A stretch of 64,000 bases of DNA from Fimbriimonadia bacterium (GTDB lineage: Bacteria; Armatimonadota; Fimbriimonadia; Fimbriimonadales; JABRVX01): contig JBGPGO010000002.1 of assembly GCA_041483895.1 (NCBI GenBank), positions 96,001-160,000 of the forward strand, in the 5' to 3' direction. Positions 8,479 through 16,911 of the stretch are shown one piece after another. The notes beneath the pieces are model-generated. The model was given only the letters and a program-made list of their open reading frames with translations, searched no databases and was not told where the DNA came from. Each line of letters starts with the position of its first letter. Positions within the stretch are counted from its first letter, which is position 1. The position numbers and the translations under genes were made by a program.

Positions 8479-9585
8479 ATGATTAGTTCACTCATGCTTC
8501 TGTTAGCCGTTGCCGTGCCGCAATCCACGGATGGGCAGGCTTTGTACGATCAGATCAGCGCAAAGCTGACGGCGGCGAAGGGACTATCCGTCGATGCGGA
8601 AATCAGCTTGGCAGGGCAGATCATCAAGACGAGCGCGAAGGCGCTGAAACCGAATTTCTACAACATGGTTGCGGACCAGCAAGAAGCCCATTGCGATGGG
8701 AAGAACGCCTACATATACGTTCCCTCGCAAAAACAGTATTTCAAGATGCCGGTCACCGGCAATGAGCTTCAGCAGGTCGGCTTTCCCGGAATGGAATCGT
8801 TCGTCGCTCCCGAGCCAATTAAGATGACCGTGAAAAGCATGGAGACGAAGACCTTCAATGGCGTCGAAACCAATATGCTGGCGCTCGAAGGACAGATCAA
8901 TGGCCGCGAACGCAAATACGCCATGTACGTTGCCAAAGATACCGGCCTGCCGGTCGGGATCGAAGACAACAGCGTCCAAGGTTTCCAGCTCAAGATCACA
9001 TACAGGAATCTGGTTCTCGATCCGCCTGATCTGACGCCGGATGCTTTCAAATGGGCGCCACCAGCCGACGCCAAGGAGGCCGTTCAGGAGACCGGCGAAT
9101 TGAACCCGGCTCTGCTGAAAGTCGGCGCAACGGCGCCGAAATTCTCCGTAAAGCTGGCGAGTGGGGGAACAACGAGCCTGGCCGCGCTCCTGCCTAAGAG
9201 CAAGGCCGTCCTCGTCACGTTTTGGTTCTCCGAATGCGAAGACTTTCCACAGATGCAAAAGCTGTATTCGGAGTATAAGGCGAAAGGGCTCGCGATAGTC
9301 GCCGTGAACTACCAAGATTCGGCGGATGCCATCAAAAAATATGCCAAGACTGTCAAAGCGACGTTTCCGTTGGCGATGAATGGCATTGGCACGGGGGATG
9401 CCGTCAAGCTGTACGGCGTCAAGGCGTTCCCGACAAGCTATCTTGTCAACTCCAAAGGCAAAATCGTGTGGGCCTCGATCGCATACGACGATGCCGGTCT
9501 GCGTAAGGCGCTGAAGGGTTTGATCGCCGCAACGACAGGGAAGAAACCTGCGCCTAAAAAGCCCGCGAAGAAAAAGAGCGGTTAG
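8479..9585 (+). CDS. Secreted LolA-like + TlpA/redoxin fusion protein with a single-Cys active site
   Basis: Signal peptide; LolA-like N-domain (KPNFY...CDGKNAYIYVP); GATAPKFS, VTFWFSEC, YGVKAFPTSYLVN thioredoxin-fold motifs; Lys-rich tail. Confidence 0.75.
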   Translation: MISSLMLLLAVAVPQSTDGQALYDQISAKLTAAKGLSVDAEISLAGQIIKTSAKALKPNFYNMVADQQEAHCDGKNAYIYVPSQKQYFKMPVTGNELQQVGFPGMESFVAPEPIKMTVKSMETKTFNGVETNMLALEGQINGRERKYAMYVAKDTGLPVGIEDNSVQGFQLKITYRNLVLDPPDLTPDAFKWAPPADAKEAVQETGELNPALLKVGATAPKFSVKLASGGTTSLAALLPKSKAVLVTFWFSECEDFPQMQKLYSEYKAKGLAIVAVNYQDSADAIKKYAKTVKATFPLAMNGIGTGDAVKLYGVKAFPTSYLVNSKGKIVWASIAYDDAGLRKALKGLIAATTGKKPAPKKPAKKKSG

Positions 9586-10553
9586 CCGAGCCCGGCGCGG
9601 ATCAGGTCCTTGAGCATCAGCATGCCGATGGGCTCGCCGGCCTCGCCAAGGACCGGCAGTTCGCCGACTTTCTTTGGCAGCGTGCGGAAAATCTCCAGCG
9701 CCTCCGCGGCAAGCGGGTCGCCCGCGATTCGGTAAAAGTCGGAGATCATCGCCTCGCTCACCTGTGTCGTTTTCGGATCGCAGCCCCGCAGCAGAGACCG
9801 GCGGATGTCCCCTTCGGCGAACAGCCCGATCATCTGGCCCTCACCATTGACGACGCACGCCGCACCAGCGCCGGCGCGAGTGATTGCGATGATCGTATCG
9901 ATCAGCAAGCTCGATTCTGGGACGATTGCAAGTTCATCGCCCGTTCGCATCACGTCGCTCACCCGCAGCAGCAGTCGCCGGCCAAGCGAACCCGCCGGAT
10001 GATACCGAGCGAAGTCCGCGTGCTGGAAATCGCGGGCCTGCATGACGGCGAGCGCCAATGCGTCTCCAAGAGCCACCATGACCGTGGTGCTGGTCGTCGG
10101 CGCCAAATTGTGCGGGCAGGCTTCGCGATCGATGCTGACGTCCAACACCACCTGTGACGCTTTGGCCAATGTGGAGTCCGTCCGTCCCGTCATCGCAATC
10201 ATTTTCGGCCCGATCTGCTTCAGGGTCGGCAGCAGCGCAAGAATCTCCTCCGTCTCGCCGGAATAGCTGAGCAGCAGAACCAGCTCCTTGCTGGAAACGA
10301 TCCCGACGTCGCCGTGCAAGGCATCCGCGGGATGAAGAAACTGGCTGGGCGTACCAGTGCTTGTCAGCGTTCCCGCAACTTTGCCCGCGATGTGGCCGGA
10401 TTTGCCAATTCCGGTAGTAATGACTCGGCCCTCGCAAGCGAGGATTGCGCGAACGGCATCATCGAACGCGCCATCGATCCGCTCCGCCAGCGCCGCGACC
10501 GCCGCCGCCTCCATGCGCAGCACCTCCCGTCCCCGATCGCCGTGCCCTGCCAT
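9582..10553 (-). CDS. kdsD: KpsF/GutQ family arabinose-5-phosphate isomerase (SIS + CBS)
   Basis: GIGKSGHI, LHGDVG, SYSGETEE, EACPHNLAPTTST, HPAGSLG; C-terminal CBS pair. Confidence 0.93.
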   Translation of the reverse strand: MAGHGDRGREVLRMEAAAVAALAERIDGAFDDAVRAILACEGRVITTGIGKSGHIAGKVAGTLTSTGTPSQFLHPADALHGDVGIVSSKELVLLLSYSGETEEILALLPTLKQIGPKMIAMTGRTDSTLAKASQVVLDVSIDREACPHNLAPTTSTTVMVALGDALALAVMQARDFQHADFARYHPAGSLGRRLLLRVSDVMRTGDELAIVPESSLLIDTIIAITRAGAGAACVVNGEGQMIGLFAEGDIRRSLLRGCDPKTTQVSEAMISDFYRIAGDPLAAEALEIFRTLPKKVGELPVLGEAGEPIGMLMLKDLIRAGLG

Positions 10554-12455
10554 CTAATGCACCCGCGCTCCGGACGGCGCCGGCTGGGACGGAGTAAGGA
10601 AGATGGCGCCCGATTCGCCGTCCGCCGCCAACATCATGCCTTGCGATTCAATTCCGCGAATCTTGGCCGGTTTCAGATTGGCAACAACGACGATCTGCTT
10701 GCCCACCAGCTCGTCGGGTTTGTAATACTCCGCGATTCCGGCGGCAATCGTCCGATTCTCCTCGCCAACCTGTATCGAGAGCTTGAGCAGTTTGTCCGAT
10801 CCGGGGACGGACTCGGCAGCCAACACCTCCGCGACGCGCAATTCGATCTTGGCAAACTCGTCAATCGATATGGGCGGCACGGTCGGCTTTTTCTCTTCCG
10901 TGGGAGTTTCTGTCGCGGGCGGCTGCAGACGCGGGAAAGCCGGTGTCGGCCCCGGTAGTTTCGTTCCGGCCGAGAGCAGGTCGAATCGCTCCGTCTCTTC
11001 CCATTTGCCGGATGTCGAGAAGCCAAGCTGCTTGTGAATCTGCACCCCCGTACTTGGCAAGAACGGCGAGAATAGCGTTGCCGCAAATCGTCCCGTTTCC
11101 AGCATCGTGCGCAGCACCGATCCCAATGCGACGGCGTCGCCGCTCTTTGCCAGCCCCCACGGTGCCATATCGTCAATGTAATGATTCAGGTCGGATACCA
11201 CACCCATAGCCGCATCCAGCGCCTGATCGAGCCGGAAGATATCCATCGCCGCCACATACGCCTTCACCCGTTCGGCAAGCCGGCCGGTGAACGCCGGGTC
11301 CGCATCCGAATCCGGCACGATGCCATCGACAAATTTGTGCGTCATGCTGATCGATCGGTGGATGGCGTTGCCAAAATCGTTGGCCAGTTCCGTGTTGTAG
11401 CGGGACTCGAAATTCTCTTGCGTGAACATCGTGTCGGAGGCAAATGGCATCTCGCGCGCCATGTAATATCGCACCGCGTCCACGGCAAGCTCCTGCGTGC
11501 AGCCGGCGCGCGCTGCCAGTTCGGTCGCAAGCTGCACGGGATCGACGACGTTCCCCTTCGTCTTCGAAATCTTCTCCCCACCGATCGTCATCCATCCGTG
11601 GCCGACAAGCGTTTCCGGCAGCGAGATGCCGAGACCCATCAGGATCGCGGGCCAGAGCGTCGCATGGAATCGAACGAGAATGTCTTTGCCCATCCACTCC
11701 ACATCCGGAGGCCACAGCTCACTCGTCTCCTTCTCCGGCCAACCGGTGGCGGCCAGATAGTTGATGAGCGCGTCGAACCACACGTAGATCACCATCGAGT
11801 CGTCGCCCGGCACCGGAATCCCCCACCCGTTGTTGGCGCGGGTGATGCACGCATCGCGTAGGCCGGATTCGATAAAGCGGACCACCTCATTCTTGCGGCC
11901 CTCCGGCAGGATGAAGCGCGGGTGACTCTTGATATGTTCTATCAGGCGGTCCGCATAGGCTGACAGCTTGAAGAAGTAGTTCTGCTCTGTCACCCAATTG
12001 ACAGGCCGGCGGCATTCCGGGTTCGGGCACAGTCCGTCCTCCACCTCGTTGGGCCTCCAGAACGTCTCGCACGAGACGCAATACCACCCTTCGTAATTGC
12101 CGACGTATATGTCGCCCTTCTCATGGAGCCGCCGAAACACCTCCTGAACGGCCTTTCGGTGCCGCTCTTCGGTCGTCCGGATGAAGTCGTCGTATCGGAT
12201 GCCCAAACCGTGCCAGATTGCTTGGAATTCGGCGGATATGGCGTCCACAAACTGCTGCGGCGATTGGCCGGCCCGCTCGGCCGCCTCCGCGACCTTCGGA
12301 GCGTTCTCATCCGTTCCCGTCAGGAACATCACCTCGCGACCGCGCATCCGCTGATATCGGGCGGTAATGTCCGCGGCCAACGTTGTTAAAGCCGTCCCGA
12401 TATGTGGCTTCGAGTTCACATAGTAGATGGGCGTGGTGATGTAGTAGGGCTTCAT
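10554..12455 (-). CDS. metG: Methionine--tRNA ligase
   Basis: YITTPIYYVN..HIGT, zinc knuckle, YVWFDALINY, KISKT; C-terminal tRNA-binding OB domain. Confidence 0.97.
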   Translation of the reverse strand: MKPYYITTPIYYVNSKPHIGTALTTLAADITARYQRMRGREVMFLTGTDENAPKVAEAAERAGQSPQQFVDAISAEFQAIWHGLGIRYDDFIRTTEERHRKAVQEVFRRLHEKGDIYVGNYEGWYCVSCETFWRPNEVEDGLCPNPECRRPVNWVTEQNYFFKLSAYADRLIEHIKSHPRFILPEGRKNEVVRFIESGLRDACITRANNGWGIPVPGDDSMVIYVWFDALINYLAATGWPEKETSELWPPDVEWMGKDILVRFHATLWPAILMGLGISLPETLVGHGWMTIGGEKISKTKGNVVDPVQLATELAARAGCTQELAVDAVRYYMAREMPFASDTMFTQENFESRYNTELANDFGNAIHRSISMTHKFVDGIVPDSDADPAFTGRLAERVKAYVAAMDIFRLDQALDAAMGVVSDLNHYIDDMAPWGLAKSGDAVALGSVLRTMLETGRFAATLFSPFLPSTGVQIHKQLGFSTSGKWEETERFDLLSAGTKLPGPTPAFPRLQPPATETPTEEKKPTVPPISIDEFAKIELRVAEVLAAESVPGSDKLLKLSIQVGEENRTIAAGIAEYYKPDELVGKQIVVVANLKPAKIRGIESQGMMLAADGESGAIFLTPSQPAPSGARVH

Positions 12456-12482
12456 AGGGCACATAGTCTACCTAAATGCGAA

Positions 12483-12511
12483 CCGCCTCCGAGACCTTGC
12501 CTCGGAGGCGG
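12483..12511 (-). terminator. Hairpin downstream of the 759-aa secreted protein
   Basis: CCGCCTCCGAG-N7-CTCGGAGGCGG perfect 11-bp stem; weak U-tract on the minus strand. Confidence 0.6.
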
Positions 12512-12537
12512 CGGCGTCCCCACGGATGGTGAGCCCT

Positions 12538-14817
12538 CTAATTCCAGAACGCGGCGTTGGCCATTTCGATGAGGAGACAGCCAACCGGTTCCTCGGTGCT
12601 ATCGATGAGGTAGCCAGGCTGGAACCGGAGGTCGCCGTGATTCCGGCTGATAAAGTCATCAAAGTTGGTCGAAGCGAACGCAACGATCGTTTCGATCTGG
12701 AGAAGGGAATCGAGATCGTCCGGAATGTCGAGCGCGGCAAAGAGAGCGTCTCTCACGTCGTCCGCTATCTTGCATTTCTGGGTTACCCCGATGGCGACCG
12801 TCGAGAAGTATTCGACATTGCAGCGCAGGTCGTCGCGTGTCGGCACCTTCACCTGGAAGCCAAGCTCCGCCGCGTAGGGACCGTCCGGCGGCTTGCTGCC
12901 GTTGGAGAGCACATAGATAACGGTCAGCGTGTACCGGGTGCCGGGTGGCGAGAACAGCAGGCATCGAGTGCCAAGGCAAGGCCCTGTCGGAGGCCGCTGC
13001 AAGGCGACGCTGCACACCGGATAATCCAAGTCCGCGTTCGTTGCCTTCTTAAGACTCGTCGCGAAGTTGGTATTGAGGTCTGAGCCGATGCCGGTGACAA
13101 AGAGTGTGCACTTTAGCACTGGCGTCACCTTGCTGAGCTTGACCGCTTGAACAATCACTCGCGTCATGTCCACGAATTTGCATTCGAGAACGTCGCGTAT
13201 CGTGATATCATCCAAATTGATCACTTCTGGCCGGAAGATCCTGTGAAGTTCACCGTTGAGCAGATCGCGGCAGATTGGGCTGGTGCAGATCAGGTTCGGC
13301 AACAGCGACGTGTCGCACGGTTTCGCCACTACGTTGACGCTGGTGGAGCAGCCATTTTGGTTGGTTCCATCGCTGACGTTGATCGCTATCACCGATTCGC
13401 CGATCGGATATTCATAGGTGAATTCAAAATCCATCACAGTTGGCGCCGGACCGGCCGACTTCGTCTGTGTATGTACAGGGACGCCACCCACGTACCAGAT
13501 GATAGTGAGACCATCGCCGGTGATATCCTCGGCATGCCCCCTCAGCGTGACCTTGCCACCGTTCTTTGTGTTTTGGTCTATCGTAACTGGGAGCGGGCAC
13601 TGAATCGTCGGACCTGAATTCGTTATCGTGACCGAAGAATCGCATGTGGTGGGATCGGTCTTTCCGTCGGTAACGGATACCGTAATTAGGTGCTTCCCGA
13701 CCAAGTATCCGTCCTTAAAGGTGACATCCGCGTCGGTGGGAGGACCGCCTGAAGGCACATTCTGCGTCGATCGGAGAATGCCGTCCACATACCATTTGAC
13801 GACGAGCGGGTCTCCGTCCATGTCTGTTACGTGCGCGAGCAGAGTGACAGGCGTGGTCGGCGATGAAGTCTGCTCCATCGTCACAGGATTCGGACAGTTA
13901 ATGGTGGGCGGTCCGTTGGTCGCGACCGTGATTTCGCCGAGCACCGTCAGGCCGCCAATCTTGGTACTTGCTTTGGCGCCCTGAAATTCGAGTTGCAGCG
14001 CGCCCGTGGCGATGTCAAATTTCCGAATGTATCGCGTTTCCGTCCCCGCGCTCCAGAACGATTTGCCGTTTGGATCAAGATTCAGGGCAAACCAGCGATT
14101 TTCAAAGGAGGTGTCGTAGGTCTTGATGATGTTACCGAAGCCATCGAGTCGCAGAATGTTCTCCGTGTCCGCTACCAGCATCCCTCCGCTGGGTAGCAGA
14201 CGAAACGCGAAGGCAAGGGTGCCGGGCAGGGTCGTAACAAAATCCTCGATCTGCTGCTGCGATTTGATGTCGAACCGCCGGATATGACTGTCCTGCGTCG
14301 TGTAATACATAGTGGTCTGATCGGCGGCGAGGTCCATAGCGGCCGGCCCGCGCCAACCGGTTACCACATCCGAGTTTCCGGTTTGGACACCGACTGGATT
14401 GACTTTCACGATGTTTGCCGTCCCATCGGCCAGACCGACATACACGTTGCCGGCCGCATCAAAGACAACTGATTCCGGGTGAGCGTCATATCCCGATCCA
14501 AACGTGCCAATCTTCTGGCCATTCGGATTGAACACGACAACGTAGCTGGTGTCAAAGATTGTTAGATATAAATTGTTCTTTTGATCGAACGCCATTCCGC
14601 AGCCTTCGCCGAGAATTCCGGCGTCGAGCGTTTTGATCAGCGTGACAACGTTGCCGTTCGGTCTGTACCATTCAATTTTCGCGGTGGAGAACAGACTGCC
14701 ATACGAGACGAAAACGTCGCCCTTTTGAAATGTCTGGGCGCCGGCGCTTGCAGCTATGAGCCCCGCCGATAGGATTCCCGCTAGGCGAAAGATTGACACC
14801 CCATTCGATATCATCAC
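12538..14817 (-). CDS. Secreted protein: beta-propeller + two Ig/PKD-like repeats + conserved Cys-rich C-terminal domain (paralog 1)
   Basis: Signal peptide (..SAGA-Q); NHL-like blades (GMAFD, ESVVFDAAGNVYVG, ALNLDPNG); two P.I.CP.PVT...D..GD.L...WYV.G repeats; last ~260 aa homologous to the two neighbours. Confidence 0.85.
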   Translation of the reverse strand: MMISNGVSIFRLAGILSAGLIAASAGAQTFQKGDVFVSYGSLFSTAKIEWYRPNGNVVTLIKTLDAGILGEGCGMAFDQKNNLYLTIFDTSYVVVFNPNGQKIGTFGSGYDAHPESVVFDAAGNVYVGLADGTANIVKVNPVGVQTGNSDVVTGWRGPAAMDLAADQTTMYYTTQDSHIRRFDIKSQQQIEDFVTTLPGTLAFAFRLLPSGGMLVADTENILRLDGFGNIIKTYDTSFENRWFALNLDPNGKSFWSAGTETRYIRKFDIATGALQLEFQGAKASTKIGGLTVLGEITVATNGPPTINCPNPVTMEQTSSPTTPVTLLAHVTDMDGDPLVVKWYVDGILRSTQNVPSGGPPTDADVTFKDGYLVGKHLITVSVTDGKTDPTTCDSSVTITNSGPTIQCPLPVTIDQNTKNGGKVTLRGHAEDITGDGLTIIWYVGGVPVHTQTKSAGPAPTVMDFEFTYEYPIGESVIAINVSDGTNQNGCSTSVNVVAKPCDTSLLPNLICTSPICRDLLNGELHRIFRPEVINLDDITIRDVLECKFVDMTRVIVQAVKLSKVTPVLKCTLFVTGIGSDLNTNFATSLKKATNADLDYPVCSVALQRPPTGPCLGTRCLLFSPPGTRYTLTVIYVLSNGSKPPDGPYAAELGFQVKVPTRDDLRCNVEYFSTVAIGVTQKCKIADDVRDALFAALDIPDDLDSLLQIETIVAFASTNFDDFISRNHGDLRFQPGYLIDSTEEPVGCLLIEMANAAFWN

Positions 14818-14978
14818 AAACCTCCCCGATTCATCAAAGCATCAGTAAACGCAGTTTTGCATTCCGGCATGATCTGGCCGGCTTTCATATCTTACAACCG
14901 GGTTTAACTTTTCGCCCGCTATATCTCAAAAAAGACGGTAGTAGGGCCGGTAAGGTCTGGTAGTTATTCGGGGGAAGT

Positions 14979-15012
14979 GACGAAAAACAGCGCGGGTCCG
15001 AAGACCCGCGCT
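14979..15012 (-). terminator. Rho-independent terminator
   Basis: AGCGCGGGTC-CGAA-GACCCGCGCT stem (+ strand) followed on the minus strand by GTTTTTCGTC; near-identical copy at 16861. Confidence 0.8.
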
Positions 15013-15035
15013 TGCGCAATAAGACCGTTATCCAC

Positions 15036-16709
15036 CTAATGCCACAACAGCGCATCGGCCATCTCGATAAGGAGACATCCAATTGGCTCTTCTGTGCTAT
15101 CGACCAGGTAATTGGTCTTGAAGCGAACATCGTATACGCCGTCACGGTTCTTCGCCAGCAGGTCGGCAAAGTCTATCGAGCAGAAGGCGATAACAGTTTC
15201 AAACTCCAGAAGCGCCTCGAGATCGATCGGATTGTCGAGCGCGTGATTCAGGGCGGCCGCGCACTCGGAGGTGATCTTGCACTTCTGTGTGACGCCCGCC
15301 GCTACCGTCGAGAAGTATTCGATGTTGCACCGAATGTCATTTCGGGTTGGTACTTGGACAACATAGCATATGTTGACGAAGATGGGCGGGCCCGGCCGGC
15401 CGTTTTCGTCGAGGATTACGTACTGGACCTGCAAAGTGTACGTTGTTAGTGGCGGTGAGAAGAGCAGGCACCGACAGCCGAGACAGGGCTCGCTGGGCGG
15501 CCGTTGCAGAGCGATTTCACATAGGGATCGGTCGAGGTCCGCATTGGTGGCCTTCTTTAGCTTGGAGTCGAAGTTCGTGTTCAATCCCCCACCGGGGCCG
15601 GTCGTAAAGGCCGTGCATTTGATCACCGGCGTGACCTTTGACAAACGGACCGTCTGAATTACCAAGTTCGGATCGCTGATATCCACATCGTTGCACTCCA
15701 ACACGTTGCGCACCGTGATCGGATCAAGGCAGATCACTTCCGGCCGGAAGAGTTCGTTCTGGTCGTTGTTGAACGGGTCCCTCCCATCGTGATCCTTTTC
15801 GCAGATCAAATTGGGCAAGAATGAGCAGCATCCGGACTGAACGTCGATTGTAATCAGCACCAATGCGACGCAATCTTCCGACCTGACATTACTATTCGTT
15901 CCTGTTAGATGGAGATTATTGTTGCCGAGACTTAAGAATGAAGCCAGGTTAAACTTCTTGATGTCCCAGAGCCTGCCGTCGTCACCTGGCCCATTGTTGT
16001 CGCCCGGAACGCTGTCTCCCTGGAAGTTATGGCCCTCCGCCATGAGCAGGGAGCCATTGATTTCGACTCTAGGATCCGGGTAGAAACCGCTGCCAATCTC
16101 ACCATCGGCGGCATGAAATGTAATGTTGGCCGTGCCGCCGGGATACACAACGTCGTCCAGATTTGCATCCCAGCCTTCGGCATCAAAGGCGCTGGGAAAG
16201 CTGGAGTCGTTTCCGTGAAATAGGTAAACGTCCCGATTGTTCAAGGGATTGCCATCGTCAAAGAAGATGACCAAGGAAGCGCCGTTATAATTGGCGAGCT
16301 CGCCATCCTGAAGGTCCGTCAAATCGTACGTTCCGTTTTTCTTCGCGGCAACAATCGCGGTAACGTCCGCTCGGTAGGTTTGAGAATTATCGTAGTCCGT
16401 CCAGCAATTGCTGGACGAGAACCCCAAATTCGTGCCTTTTATCGCGACACCATCGAACTTGAAAGTATAGGCGGCATCGGGATCCGTCGAGCTCGTAACC
16501 GCACCCCAATAAAGGTATGCAGTCTGAACGGAACCGGTAATCCCGACTACCGTTATCTTCCCGGAAGTGTGATCTCGCAAACCTCCGACACCAAATGATG
16601 CGAAATCTGTATTGGCGATCAAAGACCGGGTGGCCTTGCCCAGCGTATTCGACACGCCAAGCATAGGTAAAGTGATCAATACCGCGCACAAGAGCACTCG
16701 ACAGTTCAT
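15036..16709 (-). CDS. Secreted protein: DUF3344-like beta-sandwich cargo + conserved Cys-rich C-terminal domain (paralog 2)
   Basis: Signal peptide; AYLYW, YRADVT, NGASLVIFF motifs; GAAGGAG RBS; shared C-terminal domain. Confidence 0.85.
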   Translation of the reverse strand: MNCRVLLCAVLITLPMLGVSNTLGKATRSLIANTDFASFGVGGLRDHTSGKITVVGITGSVQTAYLYWGAVTSSTDPDAAYTFKFDGVAIKGTNLGFSSSNCWTDYDNSQTYRADVTAIVAAKKNGTYDLTDLQDGELANYNGASLVIFFDDGNPLNNRDVYLFHGNDSSFPSAFDAEGWDANLDDVVYPGGTANITFHAADGEIGSGFYPDPRVEINGSLLMAEGHNFQGDSVPGDNNGPGDDGRLWDIKKFNLASFLSLGNNNLHLTGTNSNVRSEDCVALVLITIDVQSGCCSFLPNLICEKDHDGRDPFNNDQNELFRPEVICLDPITVRNVLECNDVDISDPNLVIQTVRLSKVTPVIKCTAFTTGPGGGLNTNFDSKLKKATNADLDRSLCEIALQRPPSEPCLGCRCLLFSPPLTTYTLQVQYVILDENGRPGPPIFVNICYVVQVPTRNDIRCNIEYFSTVAAGVTQKCKITSECAAALNHALDNPIDLEALLEFETVIAFCSIDFADLLAKNRDGVYDVRFKTNYLVDSTEEPIGCLLIEMADALLWH

Positions 16710-16746
16710 TTCAAACTCTCCTTCGAAAAGCAGTACACCAGACAGG

Positions 16747-16775
16747 ATTGTATCAAAGAATCTCCGGTTAAGCTA
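16747..16775 (-). promoter_or_regulatory. Putative promoter TAGCTT-N17-TACAAT with extended -10
   Basis: GTAGCTTAACC...TTTGATACAAT is conserved with identical spacing upstream of both paralogs 2 and 3, 38 nt from each start. Confidence 0.65.
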
Positions 16776-16860
16776 CTGGTTGTAGAAAACTACTGCCTGC
16801 GTGCCATCCCTTCCCCATACGCGCACAGGGCGGGAAGTTCTAATAGTGCCGTTTGTTTCT

Positions 16861-16893
16861 GACGAAAAACAGCGCGGGCCCGAAGACCCGCGC
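16861..16893 (-). terminator. Rho-independent terminator
   Basis: GCGCGGGCC-CGAA-GACCCGCGC hairpin with minus-strand U-tract; paralogous to 14979-15012. Confidence 0.8.
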
Positions 16894-16911
16894 CGCTTGA
16901 GGAGAAGCTCT

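Noticed and set aside
9220..9250. Selenocysteine (UxxC) in the redoxin active site
   Set aside because: The DNA reads TCC GAA TGC GAA GAC with no in-frame TGA
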